A stretch of 32,000 nt of DNA, from the NCBI GenBank assembly GCA_947448695.1, contig CANFOL010000005.1, forward strand, positions 69,410 to 101,409, written 5' to 3'. A program made the translations under genes and the position numbers. The DNA is from Burkholderiaceae bacterium. GTDB lineage: Bacteria > Pseudomonadota > Gammaproteobacteria > Burkholderiales > Burkholderiaceae. Under the pieces are notes generated by a model, which ran no database searches, had not been told where the DNA came from, and was given only the letters and a program-made list of their open reading frames with translations. Shown here piece by piece: positions 10,092 through 19,083 of the stretch. Positions within the stretch are counted from its first letter, which is position 1. Each line of letters opens with the position of its first letter.

Positions 10092-11651
10092 TTATGGCGT
10101 CATCTGCGCATTTAGTTTCTCTTGTGATGGGTCGTGTAACCGATTTAGGGCAGCTAGATACGCTTTTGCTGAGGCTGCAACAATATCAGGATCAGTTCCA
10201 ATACCATTCACTACTCTTCCACCTTTAGCTAAACGAACTGTGACTTCACCCTGTGACTCAGTACCTGTTGTGATTGCATTGACGGAATATAAAAGTAACT
10301 CAGCGCCGCTATTGGCCTGTTTTTCAATCGCATTTAATGTCGCGTCAACTGGGCCATTGCCTTCAGCTGAGGTTTCACACTCTTGTCCTGCAACTTGGAG
10401 AACAATCTTAGAATGTGGTTTTTCACCTGTCTCTGAATGTTGCGCTATGGAAACAAACCGATAATAGTCAGTTCCATCTTTCACATCAGCATTCGAGACA
10501 ATTGCCAAAATATCCTCATCGAAAATTTCACTTTTTTGATCCGCTAATGCCTTAAATCGACCAAATGCCTCGTTAATTTCCGCTTCAGAATCAAGGCTAA
10601 CGCCCAATTCTTGTAATCGTTGTTTAAATGCATTTCTCCCCGATAACTTACCAAGAACAATCTTGTTAGCGCTCCATCCCACATCTTCTGCGCGCATAAT
10701 CTCATAGGTATTTCTTGCCTTTAAAACCCCATCTTGATGTATGCCAGAGGCATGGGCAAAAGCATTTGCGCCAACTACCGCTTTATTTGGCTGCACCAAA
10801 AAGCCGGTAATTTGCGAGACCATTTTTGAACTCGAAACAATCTGTGAAATATCAGTATCTACCGTTAAATTAAAGTAGTCCTTGCGAGTTTTGATAGCCA
10901 TCACAATTTCTTCAAGTGAGGTATTACCTGCTCTCTCACCCAAGCCGTTAATCGTGCACTCTACCTGTCTTGCACCACCAATATGAACCCCAGCCAAAGA
11001 ATTAGCTACCGCTAATCCTAAGTCGTTATGACAATGAACGGACCAAATGGCTTTGTCAGAATTGGGTATTTTGTTACGTAAATCTAAGATGAACTCTCCA
11101 TACAGCTCAGGGATTGCATAACCAACCGTATCAGGAACATTAATAGTTGTTGCACCCTCTTTAATCACAGCTTCAAGAACTTGATATAAAAACTCTGGGT
11201 CAGATCGGTATCCATCTTCTGGAGAAAATTCAATATCATCTGTGAAGTTGCGGGCAAAACGAATCGACTGGATTGCCTGCTCAAGAACTTGTTCTCTAGT
11301 CATTCTGAGCTTCATCTTCATGTGTAACTCACTTGTAGCCAGAAATATGTGAATTCTTTTCGAATTAGCGGCTGCAATTGCCTCGGCAGCTCTAGAAATA
11401 TCCTTATCATTCGCTCTTGCTAATGAACAAATAGTGGAGTCTTTAACAGCGGCAGCTACGGCTTTAATTGCTTCAAAATCACCAGGTGAGCTTGCTGCAA
11501 ACCCAGCCTCAATGACGTCAACTTTTAAACGCTCAAGTTGGCGCGCAATTCTGACCTTTTCGTCTTTTGTCATCGATGCACCAGGTGATTGCTCACCATC
11601 TCTTAAGGTCGTATCAAAAATAATGACTCTATCTTCAGCTACTTGATTCAT
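10092..11651 (-). CDS. leuA: 2-isopropylmalate synthase
   Basis: 519-aa ORF with N-terminal [14 protein letters not shown], metal site [13 protein letters not shown] and a C-terminal LeuA regulatory domain. AGGAG Shine-Dalgarno upstream of the ATG. Confidence 0.96.
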   Translation of the reverse strand: MNQVAEDRVIIFDTTLRDGEQSPGASMTKDEKVRIARQLERLKVDVIEAGFAASSPGDFEAIKAVAAAVKDSTICSLARANDKDISRAAEAIAAANSKRIHIFLATSELHMKMKLRMTREQVLEQAIQSIRFARNFTDDIEFSPEDGYRSDPEFLYQVLEAVIKEGATTINVPDTVGYAIPELYGEFILDLRNKIPNSDKAIWSVHCHNDLGLAVANSLAGVHIGGARQVECTINGLGERAGNTSLEEIVMAIKTRKDYFNLTVDTDISQIVSSSKMVSQITGFLVQPNKAVVGANAFAHASGIHQDGVLKARNTYEIMRAEDVGWSANKIVLGKLSGRNAFKQRLQELGVSLDSEAEINEAFGRFKALADQKSEIFDEDILAIVSNADVKDGTDYYRFVSIAQHSETGEKPHSKIVLQVAGQECETSAEGNGPVDATLNAIEKQANSGAELLLYSVNAITTGTESQGEVTVRLAKGGRVVNGIGTDPDIVAASAKAYLAALNRLHDPSQEKLNAQMTP

Positions 11652-11679
11652 TCTCGTTCTCCTAAAACTTCATTTCCTA

Positions 11680-11716
11680 AAATAAAAAACCCCAGCAAAT
11701 TTGCTGGGGCTGGTAT
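11680..11716 (-). terminator. leuA attenuator: intrinsic terminator with overlapping antiterminator arm
   Basis: On the minus strand CCCCAGC-AAATTT-GCTGGGG (11690-11709) is followed by TTTTTTATTTT. The upstream ATACCAGCCCC (11706-11716) can instead pair with GGGGCCGGTAT (11754-11764). Confidence 0.8.
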
Positions 11717-11737
11717 GGTGAGCTTCAATCTAATGTT

Positions 11738-11824
11738 TTATTGATACGCCCTAATACCGGCCCCGATGGTTAGATCAAGTCCTAGTAGGTTTAACAATAA
11801 TAAAGATTGAAAGTTGAAATTCAT
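11738..11824 (-). CDS. Leucine-rich leader peptide (28 aa) of the leuA attenuator
   Basis: Codon-by-codon translation gives MNFNFQSLLLLNLLGLDLTIGAGIRAYQ*, with 8 Leu codons including TTA TTA TTG TTA in a row. The 3' end overlaps the antiterminator arm. No strong Shine-Dalgarno is present, which lowers confidence. Confidence 0.6.
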   Translation of the reverse strand: MNFNFQSLLLLNLLGLDLTIGAGIRAYQ

Positions 11825-11841
11825 AGAATTACTATACACCG

Positions 11842-11861
11842 AAATGACATTTGTGTCATTT
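11842..11861 (-). other. AT-rich perfect hairpin immediately after the pssA stop
   Basis: aaatgaca-tttg-tgtcattt forms an 8-bp stem with a 4-nt loop, 3 nt downstream of the pssA stop. The U-tract on the minus strand is poor. It could be a weak terminator or an mRNA 3'-end or processing structure. Confidence 0.35.
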
Positions 11862-11864
11862 TTC

Positions 11865-12719
11865 TTATTTAGGACTGATTTTATTTTGATTAAAAGTCTT
11901 GTAATACTCCCATACCCATAAAACATATCCTGATAAGGCATAGACCAGAAAAAAACAAAAAATGGTAAGCGGTGGATAGGTGGACATTAAAACTAATCCT
12001 AAAATAACAAAAACCATCACCCCAAAAGATACCGTATAGCGAATATCTAAAGCCTTACCACTATAAAACTTCGCATTTGAGACCATGGTGATCCCTGCAT
12101 ATACAGTTATAAAAAACATGGTCCATGGTATAGCGGCATCATTGACCGGTAAATGATTGTCTTCAGCTAACCAGACAAAGCCCGCCACGATGGAGGCTGC
12201 AGCAGGACTTGGTAAGCCCTGAAAAAACCGCTTATCAACACTACCAGTACTAATATTAAATCTAGCTAAACGAAGAGCCGCACCCGCACAGTAGATAAAT
12301 GCTGCTACCCACCCCCACTTTCCTAAGCCCTTTAGGGCCCACTCATAGGCAACGAGCGCTGGAGCAACTCCAAAGGAGACCATATCAGCAAGTGAATCAT
12401 ATTGTTCCCCAAAAGCACTTTGTGTCCGCGTCAGGCGAGCAATACGACCATCCATACCATCTAGGATAAGTGAACAAAATATCGCCATTGAAGCGGTTTC
12501 CCAATGCTGATTCATCGCTTGGACAATCGCAAAAAAACCAAAAAATAAAGCTCCAGTTGTAAAAGCATTGGGTAATAAATAGATTGCCTTATTTCGAGGA
12601 CGCTCTACTAGCTCCTCATGATCATCTTCAAGCAACTGTTCTTGAAATGCTTTTCTATCTCGACGTGGACTTGCTCGACTAAATATTTTGGGACGCTTAG
12701 GTCTTACTTTAAATTTCAT
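11865..12719 (-). CDS. pssA: CDP-diacylglycerol--serine O-phosphatidyltransferase
   Basis: 284-aa multi-TM protein with the CDP-alcohol phosphatidyltransferase motif [26 protein letters not shown]. It overlaps psd by 4 nt (ATGA). Confidence 0.9.
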   Translation of the reverse strand: MKFKVRPKRPKIFSRASPRRDRKAFQEQLLEDDHEELVERPRNKAIYLLPNAFTTGALFFGFFAIVQAMNQHWETASMAIFCSLILDGMDGRIARLTRTQSAFGEQYDSLADMVSFGVAPALVAYEWALKGLGKWGWVAAFIYCAGAALRLARFNISTGSVDKRFFQGLPSPAAASIVAGFVWLAEDNHLPVNDAAIPWTMFFITVYAGITMVSNAKFYSGKALDIRYTVSFGVMVFVILGLVLMSTYPPLTIFCFFLVYALSGYVLWVWEYYKTFNQNKISPK

Positions 12720-13369
12720 GAATCTAGATGAGTCAAAATAGCTAACAGGGTTTTTGTTGCATAAACAGTATCGCCAACAGAAACTAAAGGCTCAGCATCA
12801 AGTGGCATATATACGTCAACCCTCGATCCAAAACGGATAAAACCATAGCGCTCACCCTTCTTAACGAAGTCGCCAACACGTGCATAACACAATATACGTC
12901 GTGCAATTAATCCAGCAACTTGAACAAGGGTAATATCGTGTCCATTCGAGTCAATAACAACCGCATTTCTCTCATTGTCGGTCGATGCTTTATCTAAATC
13001 AGCATTGAAAAACTTACCCGGAAAATACTCAATAGATTTAATGCGCCCATTCACGGCAACACGATTAGAGTGAACGTTAAAGACATTCATAAAAATACTG
13101 ATCTTTAAAGCATCTCTTTTTGCGTATGGATCAAACGTCTTTTCTACCGCAACAATTCTTCCATCAGCTGGCGCCAAGATAGCATTTTCTTCTAACGGGA
13201 CTAATCTTGGGGGGTCACGAAAAAACTGTAAAACAAATACAAATACTATCCAGATAGGTATAGAAGGATACACCCCTACAAACTTCCAAATGAAGAGGGC
13301 CAAAATCCCTAAACCAAAGAGATATGGCCATCCTTCTCGAGCAATAATTGGGTGGTTATAGACAGACAT
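12716..13369 (-). CDS. psd: Phosphatidylserine decarboxylase proenzyme (short type)
   Basis: 217 aa with an N-terminal membrane anchor and a C-terminal FGSRVDV (G-S self-cleavage or pyruvoyl site). Adjacent to and translationally coupled with pssA. Confidence 0.85.
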   Translation of the reverse strand: MSVYNHPIIAREGWPYLFGLGILALFIWKFVGVYPSIPIWIVFVFVLQFFRDPPRLVPLEENAILAPADGRIVAVEKTFDPYAKRDALKISIFMNVFNVHSNRVAVNGRIKSIEYFPGKFFNADLDKASTDNERNAVVIDSNGHDITLVQVAGLIARRILCYARVGDFVKKGERYGFIRFGSRVDVYMPLDAEPLVSVGDTVYATKTLLAILTHLDS

Positions 13370-13372
13370 TAA

Positions 13373-14401
<1,029 letters not shown>

Positions 14402-14446
14402 TTAAATATTGTTTTAATCATGAACTGCAACACCTCATTACTGGTA

Positions 14447-14938
14447 CTAAACCCGTAAAATTCTTTCCCCACGACCTATTCCAGAGGCGCCTGTTCTTAC
14501 AGTCTCCAAAATAGCAGATTTATCAATTGATTCAATAAATGCATCTAACTTCGCAGAATCACCTGTTAACTCAATGGTATAACTCTTATCAGTGACATCA
14601 ATGACCCGACCACGAAAGATATCAGTGGTACGTTTCATTTCTTCACGTTCCTTACCTACAGCTCGAACTTTAATTAACATCAGCTCTCGCTCAGTGTGAG
14701 CACCTTCGCTTAAGTCATAGACTTTAACAACCTCTACTAAGCGATTCAAATGTTTCGTAATCTGCTCAATTACTTCATCTGAACCTGCAGTCACAATCGT
14801 CATCCTTGAAAGAGATGAGTCTTCTGTCGGAGCTACAGTCAAACTTTCAATGTTATAGCCACGTGCGGAAAATAAACCAACGACACGAGATAATGCTCCC
14901 GGCTCATTTTCTAAAAGTACTGAAATAATATGTCTCAT
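14447..14938 (-). CDS. ilvH: Acetolactate synthase small (regulatory) subunit
   Basis: 163 aa, MRHIISVLLENEPGALSRVVGLFSARGYNIESL (ACT domain). It overlaps the large-subunit stop by 4 nt. Confidence 0.95.
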   Translation of the reverse strand: MRHIISVLLENEPGALSRVVGLFSARGYNIESLTVAPTEDSSLSRMTIVTAGSDEVIEQITKHLNRLVEVVKVYDLSEGAHTERELMLIKVRAVGKEREEMKRTTDIFRGRVIDVTDKSYTIELTGDSAKLDAFIESIDKSAILETVRTGASGIGRGERILRV

Positions 14939-16707
14939 TCAGCATTCTCCGAACCTAAAATCATCTCCGTAATTCCTTTTCCTGCTTGAACCATTGGCCA
15001 CACGTTTTCAGATGGATCAGTTTGGAAATCCATAAAAACAGTCCTATTTTTCAGAGCCAAAGCTTCACGTAAAGCTCCTTCAACATCTGATTTTTTCTCA
15101 ATACGCATTCCAACGTGTCCATATGCTTCTGCTAATTTCACAAAATCAGGTAACGAGTCCATGTAAGAATGTGAATAACGTTTGCTGTAGCTCAACTCTT
15201 GCCATTGACGAACCATGCCTAAATAACGATTATTGAGTGAAATAATTTTGATAGGCGTATCGTATTGCAAACAGGTGGATAGTTCCTGAATACACATTTG
15301 TACCGAACCTTCGCCAGTAATCGTGCAAACCGTTTCATTTGGGAACGCCTTTTTAATACCCATCGCATAAGGCAAACCAACACCCATTGTGCCAAGACCA
15401 CCGGAGTTAATCCAACGACGCGGTTTATTAAATTTATAAAATTGCGCAGCCCACATTTGATGTTGGCCTACGTCTGAACAAATGAAAGCGTCTCCTTGAG
15501 TTAACTCAGATAATGTTTCAACAACATACTGAGGCTTCACAATCTGAGATTCACGATCATACTTTAAGCAATCTGTTTTCCGCCATTCATTAATTTGACT
15601 CCACCAAGCATCAACCGCTAATTTATTCTTTAACGGTCCTGCAGCTCGCAACTGAGCAATCATTTCCTGTAAAACATCTTTGAGATTGCCCACAATAGGT
15701 ACGTCAGCACGTACTCTTTTTGAAATAACAGATGGGTCAATATCAATATGTATGACTTTTCTTGGCAAGCTCATAAAATGCGCAGGGTTACCAATCACAC
15801 GATCATCAAAACGAGCGCCAATAGCAATCACCACATCTGAATGTTGCATTGTCATATTGGCTTCATATGTGCCATGCATCCCAGGCATTCCTAAGAAATT
15901 GGGATGCGTTCCAGGAAAGCCTCCAAGCCCCATTAGTGTATTAGTGACAGGGTATCCCAGCAACTCAGCAAATTCTTTTAATTCAGCTGAAGCATTTGCC
16001 AAAATAACGCCACCACCAGTATAAATATAGGGTCTTTCTGCATCTCGCAAGAGACTTACAGCCTTACGAATTTGACCTGAATGTCCTTTTAAAACAGGGC
16101 TGTAAGAGCGCATATCTACAGATGTAGGGTATTCATAAGTGGTTTTATGGAAGGAAATATCCTTCGGAATATCAATAACAACCGGTCCAGGACGACCCGT
16201 TCTTGCAATATGGAATGCTTTTTTGATAGTGAGTGCTAAATCGCGCACATCTTTCACTAAAAAATTATGCTTCACAATGGGACGAGTGATACCTACGGTA
16301 TCGCACTCTTGAAATGCATCTTCACCAATCATATTGGAGGGTACGTTACCGGTGATAACAACCATTGGTACCGAATCCATATATGCTGTAGCAATACCAG
16401 TCACCGCATTCGTAACACCTGGACCAGAAGTGACTAATGCGACGCCAACGTTGCCAGATGCTCTTGCATATCCATCAGCAGCATGAACGGCACCTTGCTC
16501 ATGACGCACTAATATATGTTCAAATTTGTCTTGTTTGTGGATCTCGTCATATATATACAAAACGGATCCGCCGGGGTATCCCCAAACATACTCAACGCCT
16601 TCTTCGGCTAAAGCACGTACCAGTATTTCTGCACCAATAATTTCAGGGAGATTTTTGGGATTTTGATTCATCGAATCAAGGGATGCTGCATCTTTAATAG
16701 TGTTCAT
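14935..16707 (-). CDS. ilvI: Acetolactate synthase large (catalytic) subunit, ilvI/ilvB type
   Basis: ThDP enzyme with GAEILVRALAEEGVEYVWGYPGG and GGLGTMGVGLPYAMG motifs. I prefer the ATG at 16705-16707, which has AAAGGA upstream. The track start at 16728 is a TTG, so the exact start is uncertain. Confidence 0.94.
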   Translation of the reverse strand: MNTIKDAASLDSMNQNPKNLPEIIGAEILVRALAEEGVEYVWGYPGGSVLYIYDEIHKQDKFEHILVRHEQGAVHAADGYARASGNVGVALVTSGPGVTNAVTGIATAYMDSVPMVVITGNVPSNMIGEDAFQECDTVGITRPIVKHNFLVKDVRDLALTIKKAFHIARTGRPGPVVIDIPKDISFHKTTYEYPTSVDMRSYSPVLKGHSGQIRKAVSLLRDAERPYIYTGGGVILANASAELKEFAELLGYPVTNTLMGLGGFPGTHPNFLGMPGMHGTYEANMTMQHSDVVIAIGARFDDRVIGNPAHFMSLPRKVIHIDIDPSVISKRVRADVPIVGNLKDVLQEMIAQLRAAGPLKNKLAVDAWWSQINEWRKTDCLKYDRESQIVKPQYVVETLSELTQGDAFICSDVGQHQMWAAQFYKFNKPRRWINSGGLGTMGVGLPYAMGIKKAFPNETVCTITGEGSVQMCIQELSTCLQYDTPIKIISLNNRYLGMVRQWQELSYSKRYSHSYMDSLPDFVKLAEAYGHVGMRIEKKSDVEGALREALALKNRTVFMDFQTDPSENVWPMVQAGKGITEMILGSENAE

Positions 16708-16909
16708 ATTCTTTCTAGTCCTTTGCAATTTTCGGCAAAAAATTGGTTGGTCTGCTCTTGGTTTTACTTTTGGCCAAACTTCGAGCGCTTTGCTTGTATT
16801 GATCGCAATCCATCTTTTGAAAGGTTTTGTACAAGCGAACTAATGATTGTATTACATTTTTAAGGTTTTTTTCCACAAAACTTTTCAATTGAAGTCTAAA
16901 ATTAAACCT

Positions 16910-17476
16910 ATGGCATCTGAAAAAGAACTATCTGACTTTCTAAAAGCAAGTGAAAGACGCGCGTTTAAACAAGTTTTCTATTCCGTTAGAGATGAAGATG
17001 CGGCATTAGATATCGTCCAAGACTCCATGATTAAACTCTCCCAAAGTTATGGCGACAAAAATATTGAAGAATTACCATTACTTTTCACTAGAATTGTGCA
17101 AAACTGCACAAAAGACTGGTTTAGGCGTCAGAAGGTTCGTAACACATGGGTTACTCTATTTTCTAAATTTGGCAAAAATGCAGACGGGGAAGATGTTGAT
17201 CCACAAGATTTTTTTGAAAATTCAGATGATTCTAGCTTTGGTAAAGAATCTTCATTACAGATCGAAAGAATGGAATTATCAACAATTTTGGAAAATGAGA
17301 TAAAAAAGTTACCTAGACGTCAACGCGAAGCATTCCTCATGCGTTATTGGGAAGAGTTAGATATTTCTGAGACTGCTGTAGCGATGGGATGTAGTGAAGG
17401 AAGCGTAAAAACACACTGCTCAAGAGCTACACAAACTCTTGCAGCAGCCTTGAAGAAACTTGGAATTACCTTTTAA
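16910..17476 (+). CDS. ECF-type RNA polymerase sigma-70 family factor
   Basis: 188 aa from the ATG at 16910. Region 2 reads DIVQDSMIKL...FTRIVQNCTKDWFRR. Region 4 reads LPRRQREAFLMRYWEELDISETAVAMGCSEGSVKTHCSRA (HTH). The track start at 16847 adds 21 hydrophobic or AT-rich residues. Confidence 0.88.
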   Translation: MASEKELSDFLKASERRAFKQVFYSVRDEDAALDIVQDSMIKLSQSYGDKNIEELPLLFTRIVQNCTKDWFRRQKVRNTWVTLFSKFGKNADGEDVDPQDFFENSDDSSFGKESSLQIERMELSTILENEIKKLPRRQREAFLMRYWEELDISETAVAMGCSEGSVKTHCSRATQTLAAALKKLGITF

Positions 17477-17486
17477 AATTTAAACT

Positions 17487-18035
17487 ATGAACGCATCTCA
17501 AACGAATATTACTCATATCAACTCTTCACTGGTCAACCCGTTGACTAGTGATGATCTTTATGTTGATCAAATTGGTAAAACGGTCGCTCGATCGCTCGAT
17601 AAAGAACTTGCTCACCTATCACCTAAAGTGTTACAACGCCTTGAAAAATCAAGGGAAATTGCCTTGTCTCAGCAAAAGCTTGGCTCTTCACCTCGCGTAC
17701 AAGTTCGTTCATCAAAAGGTGGTTTTTTGCCAAACTTAAGCTCAATCAGTCCTATTTTGGTGGTACTCCTATTGGTTTTTGGGATTGCCCAATGGCAACA
17801 AAATGCTCGAATCAATGACATCGCAGAGGTTGATACTGCGATTTTAACGGACTCTGTCCCTCCAGATGCTTATGCCGATGATGGCTTTAGATTATTTTTG
17901 AAAAAAATGATGATTCCCTCAGACACAAAGCCTGAACAAGAACCAACGAGTACAGTGGAGTCCTCCTTAAATCCACAGGAAAACGCTCCTGCGAATAATG
18001 TGAGTCGCGCACCAGATATCAGTACAAATCAGTAA
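17487..18035 (+). CDS. Single-pass membrane protein, DUF3619-like; candidate anti-sigma factor
   Basis: 182 aa starting 10 nt after the sigma gene. It has a cytoplasmic N-terminal helical region (LSPKVLQRLEKSREIAL), one TM (ISPILVVLLLVFGIAQW) and a Pro/Thr/Glu-rich periplasmic tail, with no Cys. The family name is recalled from annotation of orthologous Burkholderiales clusters and no HMM was run. Confidence 0.6.
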   Translation: MNASQTNITHINSSLVNPLTSDDLYVDQIGKTVARSLDKELAHLSPKVLQRLEKSREIALSQQKLGSSPRVQVRSSKGGFLPNLSSISPILVVLLLVFGIAQWQQNARINDIAEVDTAILTDSVPPDAYADDGFRLFLKKMMIPSDTKPEQEPTSTVESSLNPQENAPANNVSRAPDISTNQ

Positions 18036-18062
18036 GCCAAATTCAATAAAGGCAAAGGTCTC

Positions 18063-18536
18063 ATGATCGGTCGACGATTTTTTCTAGTATGCGCTCTGGT
18101 GACATTGGTTTTTACCAATAGTTCAATAAGCTACGCTCAAGGGGTCACCCCTAATAATCCTTCTTGGTCAAGTTTAACTTCGTCTCAAAAAGAAACATTG
18201 GCGACTCTTCAAGAAGATTGGAGTGCCCTTTCTGTTGAACAACGGACAAAATGGGTCCAGTTAGCTAATCGTTTCGAAAAACTACCAGAAGCAGATCGAG
18301 ACCGCTTGAAGTCAAGAATGTCGGATTGGGCAAAGTTGTCTACGAATGATCGTAGAGTCGCAAGAGCTAATTTTATCAAAAGTCTTGACATTCCAAATGA
18401 TAAAAAATCTGAAGCTTGGGAAGCTTATCAACAATTAACTCCCGAAGAGAAAAAACAATTGGCTGATGAAGCAACTGAGAAAAATAAATCAAAAAAACCT
18501 TCTTTAGTTAATTCACCCACACTTAAAACTAATTGA
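18063..18536 (+). CDS. Secreted helical-repeat protein, DUF3106-like
   Basis: 157 aa with signal peptide MIGRRFFLVCALVTLVFTNSSISYA/QG. It carries repeated W-x2-L-[ST]-x2-[QDE]-[KR] units (WSSLTSSQK, WSALSVEQR, WAKLSTNDR, WEAYQQLTPEEK) and a Lys-rich tail. Confidence 0.6.
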   Translation: MIGRRFFLVCALVTLVFTNSSISYAQGVTPNNPSWSSLTSSQKETLATLQEDWSALSVEQRTKWVQLANRFEKLPEADRDRLKSRMSDWAKLSTNDRRVARANFIKSLDIPNDKKSEAWEAYQQLTPEEKKQLADEATEKNKSKKPSLVNSPTLKTN

Positions 18537-18543
18537 CTTTCTT

Positions 18544-19083
18544 TTGCAATCTTTCTCGCCAGCCCCAACTATTCGAAGACGTATTTTTGTCGCTCTCTAT
18601 GAAATGCTCATATTGGTGGGGGTTTGGGCTTTAGGCTATTTAGTACCATCCCTATTGCTTGGCGTTGTCTTCGATTTTCAATTACCCAATTGGCTAGCCT
18701 TTGGACATGTGTATGTTTTGTTCGGGATTTACTTCACCTGGTATTGGACTCATACAGGCCAAACATTAGCAATGCAGACTTGGTATGTAAAAATGGTCGA
18801 TCAAAATGAACGGCTCCTGAATAAAAATCAAGCCCTCATTCGTTATGCAGTTTCTAGCCTCTGGCTGTTTCCTACCATCATCATTTATATTATTTTTAAA
18901 CATGTATTACTGTCTCCACTGGGGCTCTGGCCAACGATTGAACTCATGTTTTGTATGATTCTTTTTTTCTGGCCTCTAACATGCTTATTCGACCGCTCAA
19001 ACCCTCATGGCGCACAATCTTTAGCAGATAAGCTTTCAAAAACTAAATTAATTTTAGTGCCCAAAAAACTGAACCGTGACTAA
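18544..19083 (+). CDS. RDD-family integral membrane protein
   Basis: 179 aa with a TTG start and N-terminal IRRRIFVALYEMLIL followed by several TM segments. It is the last gene of the sigma operon, 7 nt after DUF3106. Confidence 0.6.
   Translation: MQSFSPAPTIRRRIFVALYEMLILVGVWALGYLVPSLLLGVVFDFQLPNWLAFGHVYVLFGIYFTWYWTHTGQTLAMQTWYVKMVDQNERLLNKNQALIRYAVSSLWLFPTIIIYIIFKHVLLSPLGLWPTIELMFCMILFFWPLTCLFDRSNPHGAQSLADKLSKTKLILVPKKLNRD

Noticed and set aside
11738-11941. 67-aa ORF from the track ([12 protein letters not shown]...)
   Set aside because: Its 5' two-thirds overlaps the 3' end of pssA in another frame and has no protein-like features. I retained only the last 28 codons, from the ATG at 11824, as the Leu leader peptide.
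16827-16855. Sigma-70-like promoter TTGTAC-N17-TATTAC upstream of the ECF sigma gene, and a search for an ECF-type GGAAC...CGT autoregulatory promoter
   Set aside because: The -10 is a weak 4/6 match and no ECF-type motif is evident. This is not enough to call a promoter without TSS data.
16708-16909. Possible Ile/Leu/Val leader peptide or attenuator upstream of ilvI, by analogy with the leuA leader
   Set aside because: The only small ORF with an ATG on the minus strand (MDCDQYKQSARSLAKSKTKSRPTNFLPKIAKD) has no run of branched-chain codons. I found no GC-rich hairpin with a U-tract. Only short palindromes (tttggccaaa, agcgct) are present.
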